Source of the DNA: Ignavibacteriota bacterium
GTDB lineage: Bacteria; Bacteroidota; Ignavibacteria; UBA10030; UBA6906
Assembly: GCA_963801355.1 (NCBI GenBank)
Contig: CAWDEM010000008.1
Coordinates: forward strand, 960,001-1,024,000
Direction: 5' to 3'
DNA length: 64,000 nt
Shown: one piece after another, positions 1 to 10,200 of the stretch
How positions within the stretch are numbered: position 1 is the stretch's first letter
Layout of the letters: the number at the start of each line of letters is the position of its first letter
Notes under the pieces: generated by a model
Told to the model about the DNA's origin: nothing
The model's database searches: none
Seen by the model: only the letters and a program-made list of their open reading frames with translations
Made by a program: the position numbers and the translations under genes

Positions 1-635
1 TGCAAGGAGCGGAAAAGCACCGGGGCCTCACTCCGTTGTTGCGGCGTGAGGTATGTATTACGGGAGCTCAGCGCGAGCCCGTCGGCTTCGCGGACAGTCG
101 GCACTATGACCATCCGGCAGTCGATGTTCAGGTCGTTGACCATCCGTCTGATCACCGCCACCTGCTGTGCATCCTTCTGACCGAAGAAGGCCATGTGGGG
201 TTTAACGATATTCAGAAGTTTTGTCACGACGGTGGCCACGCCGCGGAAATGGCCGGGACGGGAGGCGCCTTCAAGCGCCGTTGTGATTCCCTCGACTTCG
301 ATGAACGTCGCATAGCCCGCGGGATACATCGCGCCGGGCTCCGGAGCAAAGACGAGGTCGACGCCGGCCTCCGATGCCATCTGCATATCTCGCTCGAGCG
401 GGCGGGGATATCGGGAGAAGTCCTCTCCCCGGCCGAACTGTGTGGGGTTGACGAACACCGAGGCGACAACTACATCCGCCTGGCTTCGCGCCTGGCGCAT
501 CAGCGTCGTATGACCTTCATGAAGGGCGCCCATGGTGGGGACAAGGGCGATCTCCTTGCCGGCGGCGCGCCATGCATCCGCCCGGCGTTGAACGACGTCA
601 GGGAGTTTCTCAAGGACGGCGCGTGTGCCACTCAT
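1..635 (-). CDS. panC: Pantoate--beta-alanine ligase (3' end runs off the window)
   Basis: Not in the ORF track. Manual translation from ATG at 635 gives [10 protein letters not shown]...[41 protein letters not shown], the PanC HIGH-like and SxFVNPxQF signatures. Confidence 0.95.
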   Translation of the reverse strand, partial: MSGTRAVLEKLPDVVQRRADAWRAAGKEIALVPTMGALHEGHTTLMRQARSQADVVVASVFVNPTQFGRGEDFSRYPRPLERDMQMASEAGVDLVFAPEPGAMYPAGYATFIEVEGITTALEGASRPGHFRGVATVVTKLLNIVKPHMAFFGQKDAQQVAVIRRMVNDLNIDCRMVIVPTVREADGLALSSRNTYLTPQQRSEAPVLFRSL

Positions 636-643
636 GGGGCTGT

Positions 644-1486
644 TCACTCCTGCCACATGGAGAGCAGCTGGTACACCGTCTGCCGCATCTCCTTCCGGTG
701 GACCACCAGATCGAGGAAACCGTGTTCAAGGAGGAACTCGGCACGTTGGAAGCCGGGAGGCAGGTCCTTGCCGATGGTTTGCCGTATCACGCGGGGGCCC
801 GCAAAGCCGATGAGGGCTCCGGGCTCACCGATGTTCACATCCCCCAGCATCGCATAGCTGGCCGTAACGCCCCCCGTGGTCGGATCAGTCAGAATGGAAA
901 TGAATGGAACGCGGGCATCCGACAGGCGGGCCAGCTTGGCGCTTGTCTTCGCCAGCTGCATCAGCGACAGCGCACCCTCCATCATCCGTGCTCCTCCGCT
1001 GGACGACACGATGACCAGCGGGGTGTGCGATTTCCAGGATTTGTCAACAGCCCTTCCGATTTTCTCCCCTACCACCGATCCCATGCTACCCCCGATGAAT
1101 CCGAAATCCATGGCCGCCACCACAACGGGGAGCTTCTGGATTGTCCCGTTCCCCCACCGCACGGCATCGTACAGGTGGGTTTTCTTGATCGCTTCAGCGG
1201 TGCGATCCTTGTAGCGTTTGGTATCGACGAATTTCAGCGGGTCGCTGGAGCGCATCCGGCGGTCATGTTCCTTGAAGGAGCCGGGATCCAGCAGCAGTTC
1301 GAGGTACTGCGTGCTGCCGATCCGGAAATGCGCCCCGCATTTCGCGCAGGTATAGAGGCTCTTCTGCAGTTCCGTCTTGTGGATGATCTCCCCGCATCCT
1401 TGGCACTTTGTCCAGAGCCCGTCGGGGATATCCCGTTTTTGCGTTTCCGCAGCAATATTATCTTTCGATCGTTTGAACCAGGACAT
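644..1486 (-). CDS. accD: Acetyl-CoA carboxylase carboxyltransferase beta subunit
   Basis: LWTKCxxC...CxKC zinc finger, [44 protein letters not shown]. Start placed at MSWFKR (1486). Confidence 0.96.
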   Translation of the reverse strand: MSWFKRSKDNIAAETQKRDIPDGLWTKCQGCGEIIHKTELQKSLYTCAKCGAHFRIGSTQYLELLLDPGSFKEHDRRMRSSDPLKFVDTKRYKDRTAEAIKKTHLYDAVRWGNGTIQKLPVVVAAMDFGFIGGSMGSVVGEKIGRAVDKSWKSHTPLVIVSSSGGARMMEGALSLMQLAKTSAKLARLSDARVPFISILTDPTTGGVTASYAMLGDVNIGEPGALIGFAGPRVIRQTIGKDLPPGFQRAEFLLEHGFLDLVVHRKEMRQTVYQLLSMWQE

Positions 1487-1490
1487 GGCG

Positions 1491-2192
1491 TCACTCCGGT
1501 TTGCGGAGAAAGAACTCCTTGATGTATCGAGGTTCCAGAACGGCAACATCCTCATTGGCCCCGGCGGCCAGCAAGGCGGCACCGCATTGCGCCACCGCGA
1601 CCGCAGAGCATTGAGCGACAGATTCCGGCACGAGGAACGCACACGCGTCATTTCCGCCGGCAGAATTCAGTACGCCCCCAACGGAGATCCGGGCATCGCC
1701 CGTTATCGCGATTTTCCCCGGTGGCATGAGCTCGGGCAGGCGGCGGATCTCTCCATCGCTGACGTCCGTGAGGGCGCGTGGGCCTCCGGGTGTCAGGTCA
1801 AACAGCTGCCAGTAGACTTCTTCGCGCCGCGCATCAAGGACCGCAAGAATCTTCCCGATGCCGGCATCCCGCACTTCCGGAACCGCACGCCACGCGAGGG
1901 CCTCCAGCGTGGGAACGGCAACCACCGGGACTCCCGTCGCGACGTGCAACCCTTTGACGACACTCAGACCTATTCTCAGTCCTGTAAAGGACCCGGGGCC
2001 GATAGAGACCGCGATCCCCTGCAGGGCCTGGAGCTTCACCCCTGCGCGTTCCAGAACGTCATCAAGGAAGCCAAAGAGCTTTTCGGCGTGCGCGTACCGC
2101 TCCAGGACGGATTCTTCGGCGAGCACCGCGCCGTCACGCAGCAGGGCCACGCCGCAGACTGCTGTGGCGGTCTCGATGCCGAGGATGGTCAT
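1491..2192 (-). CDS. tsaB: tRNA threonylcarbamoyladenosine biosynthesis protein TsaB
   Basis: ILGIETAT, GPGSFTGLRIG, LDARREEVY and LEPRY motifs. Start overlaps the tsaE stop. Confidence 0.95.
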   Translation of the reverse strand: MTILGIETATAVCGVALLRDGAVLAEESVLERYAHAEKLFGFLDDVLERAGVKLQALQGIAVSIGPGSFTGLRIGLSVVKGLHVATGVPVVAVPTLEALAWRAVPEVRDAGIGKILAVLDARREEVYWQLFDLTPGGPRALTDVSDGEIRRLPELMPPGKIAITGDARISVGGVLNSAGGNDACAFLVPESVAQCSAVAVAQCGAALLAAGANEDVAVLEPRYIKEFFLRKPE

Positions 2193-2626
2193 CGTGTGCT
2201 CTCGTCCGGTTGCCGGATGGTGATCCGGCGCTCTGTTGCACCACCGCAATGCTCGAAGGATATAAGATAATGGCCTGAAGGGAGGAGATCAAGGATATGT
2301 TCCGCCCATTCGATAAAACAAATATAGGGGGGGCGAAAGTACTCCACCAGCCCGATTTCGGCCATTTCCCCGCGCGAGGCAATACGGTACATGTCCGCGT
2401 GAACAACCGTCACCGTTCCCGCGGGGTATTCGTTGATGAACGTAAACGTGGGGCTCCCGAAGTGGCCAGTCGCGCCCAGCGCAGCACAGGCCCCGGACAC
2501 GAAACTCGTCTTCCCGCTCCCGAGAGGACCCATCAGCGCAACGATGTCCCCGGGTTTCAGCATTGCGGCGAATCCCGCTCCTGCGGACTCGGTCTCTTCG
2601 GCGGCCTGTGTGACGACCGTGATCAT
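2189..2626 (-). CDS. tsaE: tRNA threonylcarbamoyladenosine biosynthesis ATPase TsaE
   Basis: GPLGSGKT P-loop, SPTFT, HADMYRI, IEWAE. Confidence 0.95.
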   Translation of the reverse strand: MITVVTQAAEETESAGAGFAAMLKPGDIVALMGPLGSGKTSFVSGACAALGATGHFGSPTFTFINEYPAGTVTVVHADMYRIASRGEMAEIGLVEYFRPPYICFIEWAEHILDLLPSGHYLISFEHCGGATERRITIRQPDESTR

Positions 2627-4191
2627 CCGCGTGCTTCCATTCTGACCACGGGAAGGATCACCTCTTCCATCGACACCCCGCCATGCTGGAAACTGTCGCG
2701 GTACTGCGCAAGGTACTTATGGTAGTCGGTGGGATACACGAAGTAGTAGTCCTCCTTGGCGAAGATATAGTTCACTGCGACCCCCCGTTCGGGCAGCCGG
2801 AACTCCGCCGGATTCTTCACGAAGATTGCGGTCTTCTCATCGACCTTCAAGTTTCTCCCGTACTTGTACCGGAGATTTGTTGATGCTTCCCGGTCGCCCA
2901 ACACTTTCGAGCCCCGCAGGCTTCTGATGCTGCCATGGTCGGTGGTGAGCACAATAGTGACGTTCTTGTTCCGCGACAGTGTCTTGAGCATGCCGAACAA
3001 CGACGAGTGCACAAACCACGAGCGAGTCAACGAGCGGTAGGCGGATTCGTCCGGCGCGATCTCCTTGAGCAACGACGAATCGGACCGGCCGTGTGCGAGC
3101 ATATCCACGAAGTTCACCACGATCGACGTCAGGGGGGTCGCCGCGTAGGAATTGATGGTTGATTCGATGGTGCGTCCGAACTCGGGATCAAGGATCTTCA
3201 CGTACTTCGGCTCGGGTTTCAATATGATCCGGCGGCGTTCGAGGAGTTTTTCCAGGTACTGCCGTTCGTAGCGGTTTCTGCTGCTTTCATCGTCTTCCGC
3301 TTTGTCCCACAGTTCCGGGTTCCGTTTTTCCAGATCGGCCGGAAACGATCCGCTGAAGATGGCGTTGCGTGAGTACGGCGTCGCCGTCGGCAGGATGCTG
3401 TAGTAGTACCGGCGCGACATATCGAAGTACTCGCGGAGCAGCTCTTCGAAGACCAGCCATTGATCCAGTCGCAAGCAGTCGATGATGAAGAAGACCACTG
3501 ACCTGCCTTGTTGCAGCTCGGGAATCACAAACCGGTCCACAACTTCATGCGAGAGTGCCGGGCGGCCCTCCGGTTGCTCCATCCAATCGCGGTAATTGCG
3601 TTCGATGAATTTGCCGAAGGCAAGGTTGCATTCGCGGAACTGATCCTGCAGGGTCTGTCGCAGCCCGAGTTCCGGATGCCGATCGAATTCCAGTCCCCAG
3701 CCGACCAGACGCGCATAGATGTCGATCCACTCTTCATAGCCCGGCGATTGCATCAAGGCGAGAGAGATCTCGTTGAATTGCCGGATGTAGTCTTTCGACA
3801 GGGCCGCGCCCGTAATCTTCCTCCCCTCCAGGAATTTCTTGCAGGCCATCAGGACCTGGCTCGGGTTCACGGGTTTTGTCAGGTAGTCGCTGATTTTGCC
3901 GCCGATGGCATCTTCCATCAGCGATTCCTCTTCGTTCTTGGTAATCATGACGACGGGCACGGCGGGGCGGATTTCCTTGATTTCCTGGAGGGTCCGCAGT
4001 CCTCCCATGCCGGGCATCATTTCATCGAGAAACACCAGGTCATACGGGTTCTGTCGCACCATGCCCACGGCATCTTCGCCGTTGGTGACGGTTTCTACGG
4101 TGTATCCCCGCTCCACGAGCAACCGTACGTGAGAGCGGAGCAGGTCGATTTCGTCGTCAACCCAGAGTATGCGTCCCTTGGATTCTTCCAT
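2623..4191 (-). CDS. porX: PorX-type response regulator (receiver domain + PglZ phosphodiesterase domain)
   Basis: N-terminal REC domain (WVDDE, FLDEMMP, YLTKP). C-terminal PglZ motifs DCLRLDQW, PTATPYSRNAIF, TTDHGS, QHGG. The tsaE adjacency is typical. Start placed at MEESKG. Confidence 0.88.
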   Translation of the reverse strand: MEESKGRILWVDDEIDLLRSHVRLLVERGYTVETVTNGEDAVGMVRQNPYDLVFLDEMMPGMGGLRTLQEIKEIRPAVPVVMITKNEEESLMEDAIGGKISDYLTKPVNPSQVLMACKKFLEGRKITGAALSKDYIRQFNEISLALMQSPGYEEWIDIYARLVGWGLEFDRHPELGLRQTLQDQFRECNLAFGKFIERNYRDWMEQPEGRPALSHEVVDRFVIPELQQGRSVVFFIIDCLRLDQWLVFEELLREYFDMSRRYYYSILPTATPYSRNAIFSGSFPADLEKRNPELWDKAEDDESSRNRYERQYLEKLLERRRIILKPEPKYVKILDPEFGRTIESTINSYAATPLTSIVVNFVDMLAHGRSDSSLLKEIAPDESAYRSLTRSWFVHSSLFGMLKTLSRNKNVTIVLTTDHGSIRSLRGSKVLGDREASTNLRYKYGRNLKVDEKTAIFVKNPAEFRLPERGVAVNYIFAKEDYYFVYPTDYHKYLAQYRDSFQHGGVSMEEVILPVVRMEARG

Positions 4192-4207
4192 GCGCTTCCT
4201 CCCTCCA

Positions 4208-7200
4208 CTACTGAATCGAAATATGAATATCCAACCCCGCCTCGTTGGTCTTGCTTCCCGGGATGCGTGAGCCTGAATCGTCGGGTTCAATACTGGTGTA
4301 CCGGAAGTACACCGATGCGGTCACACGCTGGCTCAGCACATACTTGATGCGCGGTTCCATGACCGTGCGCGTGGTGCCTTCCAGCGGCGTTCCCTGTATG
4401 TTGATGTCGAGCTTTGAAACATCGTACGTCAGGCGGGAGTTCTTTGTGACCGAATAGGAGAAGCTGATATCGATGTCGTTGTTCAGCGCAAGGCCGAAGA
4501 ACGGGATCTCAAACCCCCGCCGGGAGTACGATGACGTGATCGAGAGTTCCCGCGAAAAGGCTTCCACGATATTCCGGGAGGACGTCGTCAGGTCGTACGA
4601 CGTCGTACTGTTGATGCGCACATTGGCGCCGAAGCTCCCCTTCCACAGTTCCTTGAACGTGAAATTCATCCCCACGATCGGCGAAAAACCGTACATCACG
4701 CGCTGGCCATCGGTCCGCTCCCCGCCCCCGCCGGGGCGATTCTGGTACTGGCGGGTATAGTTCGAATTGTAGGCATGATCCAGCGACATGCGGGTCACGA
4801 AGCTGGAAAAGAACGGGATTTTTTCCAGGCCGTCCCAGCGAAAGCTCCAGTTCACGCGGGGGGCGAAATCGCCGAACACTTTGCGCAGGATGGGCAGCGC
4901 TTCGAAGCCCTCGATGAATGCCTGGTTCAGTTTCTCTTCGTCAGTTTTGGTGTCCGACAGGTCGGACTTGAGTTCGGCGTAGCGCTTGCTCACATCCTTG
5001 AGACTCGTCTTGAACGAACTCAGGAACAGGAAGTCCGGGAGGGTCAGAAACGACCGGTCGACGCTTCCCGACGTGGTTGTGTTCAGCAACGTCGGTACAC
5101 CGAGGGAGTCGGTCTGCAGATTATCCGTGCGGTTGTATGCCCAGCCGACGTTCCAGTTGAGGTCAAGCCGCGCGCCTTCCCAGAGTGCACGCGACGTTTT
5201 GAATGTCAGCCTGTTGTTCTGCCGGAAGGAATTCACAAGCACTCCTCCCGGCGCACGGAGTCCGGGTTCGACATCCCAGCCAAACCACGGGAACTTCGGG
5301 CGTCCGCCGAAATTCACCAGACGACCGCTGGGGTCGCTGATGAGCCCTAGCTGGTACAGACGGGAAGGACCGTATTTGATGTCCGCATCCTGAATGAACG
5401 GCAGACGTCCCCAGAAATTGACGAAGCCGGCGGAGCCGACCACTCCGCTGTTTTGCGAACTGTTGGTCTGCGTAAACGACACGTTCACGTTGTCATAGTC
5501 CAGCAGCGGGATCTTGATGAAGATGCGCGCGAGACTTCCGAGTTGTCCGAGGAGCTTGTCCAGTCCCCCGCCAGTCGCCGTGGAATCCGCCACTTTTGTC
5601 GTATCCGTGGTACCGGTCTGTTCCTGGTTTTCCCCGCTCCCTCTCCTCCCGCGGGACGGCGCCGGGGGAGCTGTTGTGGCGGCGGGCTTGGTTTCGAACA
5701 ACGGGTCAAAGAGCTGCTTCATCCGGAAGTTCAGTGACAGGTTGATATTCGCATTGTACCCGGCGGACTTGCCGAGATCTCCGCGGGTCAGGGTGTTCTG
5801 CCAGCTGTAGTCCACCCCGTAGGATGCCTGGATGTCAAGGAAGCGTTTGATGTTGAAGATGTTCGGGATGTTCGGCTTGGAAACGAAACTGTTCCGCTGG
5901 CTGTAGCGCGTGTCCTCCCCGAAATCGATCAGGTGATCGCCGAAGAAGATGTCGCCCATGATCTGAGAAAACGAACGCTGCTGCTTGAACTGATCGAGTT
6001 CGAGGTTGAGGAGGCTCGACTCCACGCTCACGGAGTAATCGCCGGAGGGATTGATCATACCGCCCTCCGTGAACTTCCAGGAGAAGCCAGCCTGACGCGA
6101 CGCCGAGAAATTGCGGGAGATGATCTCCTGGGCCCCGACGGTCCGCTGCAATGACCTGTCGCGCGAACGCATGGCGTTGAACGCCCAGTTGAACGTCGTC
6201 GGCGAATAGTAGATCTTGATGTCCTTGTACTCCTCAAGGAACCAGACGCCGTCGAACAGGCTCTTGAATGGCTGGACGTAATAGTCCGAAGGGAACGTCA
6301 GGGCATACGCAAGGCGCGCATTCCAGGACCACGTAGTGCGGTCAACGAGCGCAGGGCTGTGTTCCGTCGAGCGCGTGTAGCTGAAGCCGAACGTCAGCTT
6401 GTTGAATGTATCGCGGATGTACCATGCGTTTGACGGGACGTTGATGCGGAAGCTCGGGGCGGCGTAGGTGTCCGTTTTCCTCATCGTCTCGGATTCAAGG
6501 ATCTCCTTATCGGCGGCGGCCTGCGCTTCCTGCTCGGTGCCGCCGTTTTGCAGCACCCTGTTCTTGCGTTGTTCGGCCGCGGCGCTCACGAGCACGTCGG
6601 AATTCGGCTTGTAGCGCGGCGTCATTTTGCCTTCGGTGTGCGAATAGGAAATGGGGATGGAGGTCCCCACCCAATCGTCGGAGAGGAGCTTCTCCAGCTG
6701 AAACGACGTGTTGAGTCCCCAGTTGGTCGAAAGCTGCCGGGAGCCGAAGCGCGCTTCCAGCGTATGGAAATTCGGGTCCACCCTCGAGTAGTTGAAAGAC
6801 ACCGCCCCGATGTCCGCAAGCTTTAGCTGTGTGTCAAACCGGTACGCCCAACCCGGAGTATCATCGACCGATGTGAGGCGCATTTCGTTAAACCAGACTT
6901 GTCCCACCAGGAGCTTGCCGGGAACCTTGCCCGCCGGGTCATCTCTCCCTCTCCGCGGGTTCGCGTTTGTCACGCCGACGGAGAGGTAGACGATTTGCGT
7001 CAGCGAGGGATTGCCGAGTACCCGGTACGTCGAGCCAGGAGGTCCGCCGGGAACGGGTATGGGGTCAGAGAGTTTACCGACCGAGTCGCGTGCCTGCTTC
7101 GCCGCCGTAATGTTTTCGAACTGGATGACCACATCGTTCGCCGGATCCCATCCGGGCCTGACGGGAGCACGGTACTCGTAGTAGTTCAGACTGTCAAGTC

Positions 7201-10200
7201 CGAACCGGAAGAAGATCTCCGCATCGTACTCGGTTGCGCTGATATACCTGAATGTCGGATCCCCGTGGACGAACATCTTCAGGGTTTTGTAGTTGAAGAG
7301 GTCGAGCGCGCGATAGGTGTAGAATTTCACTGCCTGGCGGGACTGCCCGGGGGGTAGACCTTCGAGCTTCAGTGCAAGTGACTGCTCGTTCGCATACACT
7401 TCCTCCTCGGGCCGCGTGCGATCACGTTCCTGGGTCACGCCCGGAGGCGGGTTGTACTCGGGATTGTCTTCGATGCTGACCACTGTGACGTCGAATAACG
7501 AATCTCCTGCGTCGCGTGCGAGTTTCTGCCACTGATTCCCGACCAGGGAAAAGTCGGCGATGCGGACGGCAATGGTGTCCGTGGCATTCACAAAGGCGAC
7601 CCGTATGAACTCGATATTCTCCTGGGAGGGAGTCCCCACCTGCCGTTCATATTCGCGGACGGGGATCCGGAACTGGTACCATTTGGAATAGCTCCCGTCC
7701 TCTTTCTGGCCGCCGCCGCCCACGATGCGCGGATTGTTGGCACGCACCGTATCGAGCAGCAGCTCGTACTCGAAATACGAATTCGCAAGATCCGGGACCC
7801 CGTTGGCATTCAGATCTTCGGTATCGGGGATACGGCCGGATGGGCCGTCTTTGTTGTTCTCTGTGCCGTTAATATGCGAGAAATCCTCCGCAGGCGTCCC
7901 GACGGTGGCATTGGTGTAGTAGTAATCGTCGCCGGAAGGATCGCCTTGCATGGCAGGGTATTTGGCAACCATCGCGGCATACCGGGCGCGCTCCTGGTCA
8001 TCATTCAGCATGTCAATCCCGATGTCTTCACCCTCCTGCAGCACACCGTTCGGGTAGGAGCTCAGCACGAGATCTTCGGAGTTCAGTGAGCGGTTCGGAA
8101 TGGCATCCTCGCTGATCGCCCCCATATCGATGATCATCTTTGTGCCCGGAGGAGCGCGGTCCACACGCATCCAGATCTCGATGAAGTTGACGTTCTCCTT
8201 CGAAAGGTTGATTGCCGAGACCGACAGGGGTTTCATGAGGGCGCCCCAGTTCCTGAACGGCGTCAGGGTGTTCTCGATGTCCGTGCTGTAGTTGTACTGC
8301 CCTCGCAGCGAAGGGTAGTAGCGGAAATCCAGAACGGTGGCCTGGTCGTTGGCGGCATTGCCCGGCTTCTTGCGCGGGTAGATTTCCGTGAGCGGCACGT
8401 CGGTGGGAATGCGGTTGAACCAGACCATCCGGCCCCTGGACAGCGCTTTGGTCGTATCCGGAAGCGTTCCCCAGTGGAAATTGTCGCCGAGCGGACTTGA
8501 GAGGGACCACGCGGCGTATGAGATGCCGACGGGTATTGCCCTGCGTGCCGCCTCGAAGTCGTCGATATACGCGATGCCTTCACCGTTGTCGCTCGGGATG
8601 GTACTTTTCTTTGTGTTCGGGTCGGGCGACATATAGGCCGCTTCACCGCTCACTTTGAGCTGGGATGCTTCGCGGGTCTGGAAGATCGGCAGCGCATCGA
8701 GCGCCCGGGTGAGGAATGGCAGGTCGAACGTCGCCGCCCCGTCGATGCCCATAATCGTGTTGTTGTTGGGCTCTTCGCCGAGGCGAACCTTGTCGCTCAG
8801 TGTCTGTTGATTCAGGTTCATGATGGTGAACCCGAAATTCAGATTCTGGGATATGGCAAGATCTCCGCGCGCGCCGAGGAGGGTCTTGGATGCCAGCTGG
8901 AACAGATCATTCTGTTCGTATTTGATCTGGAGGTTGGCACCGGGTACGAGCGCGCGGTCGTTCTTGATGACCACTTCGCCGATAATATAGTCGACGGTAT
9001 AGTCGATGTTGGGGGTAAGCGCACGGCCGTCGAGCAGCACCTGCACGCTCCCTTCCACCACGTTGAACCCCAGGGAGTATCGTGACGTCGCCTCGCCCGT
9101 GGCTTTCCCCTTGATCAGATACCTGTTGCGCAGGGCCTGCTGGGCAAACGTCACGGTCGTGTCATACACTTCCGGATACAGGAACTCCGAGGTGTCCGCC
9201 AGAACGTTCCCCTTCTCCGCAAAATACGCCTTCACGCCGTCGTCAAACGGACGCAGGACCGGGAAGATAATTTCAGCGCGTGCCTGGTTGACAGTTCTCC
9301 CCGAACGATAGTCGAATTGCCCGTCGCCGTTCGGCGCGGGTGTGTCATCGGCGTTGTACTTGTCAACGCCGAACACGCGCAACAACGGTTCGTTCAGGAT
9401 GCTGTTCTGATCTTCCCCTCCCGGAATTCTCCGGACGATATCAAGGGTAAACCCCTCTTTCTTCGCGTTGCGCCCGATTCCCTGAATTGGATAGATGTTT
9501 TTGAGCATCTGATTCCAGGCGACGGCGTACGAGCGGCCGTTGGACACGAGGTTTTTCGGCTTGAGCATTTTCAGGATCAACCGGCGGGAGAGAGCAGTAC
9601 TGTCGGTACCGAGATCACGCGCGAACTCTCCCGTCTGCACGCCGGCGGCATTCCGGTACGCAATGGCCACGATCTGCTGGTCGCCGACGCTTGCGTTCAG
9701 GGAAACCACCCCGAGGTACCCGTCGCCATCCAGCTCGTACTGGGAGCGGTCGAGCTTGATGAACGGGCCGGTCTCGATTTTTCCCGGATCGTCCACCGTC
9801 CCCCTCAACGCTTCGGGGTAGCCCCCTCCGATCGCAGGCAGGGTAATAAATGCGATGCCTTGCCGTTCATTCGGATCCGGTATGCCTCCCTGCCGCTGCA
9901 CCCACACTTCCTCTTCGACGATCTGCCCGTCACTGTTGACCAGCGGAGGCTCGTTGAGGTAGTAGTCCGCATACCGCGCGGCGTACGAAACATCCACAAA
10001 GAAATGATTCGTGGCATACTCGTACGCACGCATTTCGAACGTTTGCTCCTTCGCACCGCCGGACACCGCGACTTCTTTGATTTGTCCTTTCTTTTGCGAT
10101 GCGAGGGCCGTCAGGGTGAGCGGCCCCATCTGGAATTTCGCCTTGGCGCCGAACAGTGCCTGGCTGCTGCCGATAAACGACGAGGGGGTCTGGAGGGAAA

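Noticed and set aside
36-857. Long plus-strand ORFs such as 36..857, 24839..26239, 36264..38147 and 41935..43461
   Set aside because: Antisense shadows of well-supported minus-strand genes in a GC-rich genome.
2623-4191. BREX defence system suggested by the PglZ domain
   Set aside because: PglZ is fused to a receiver domain (PorX architecture), and no brxA/B/C/L or pglX lies nearby.
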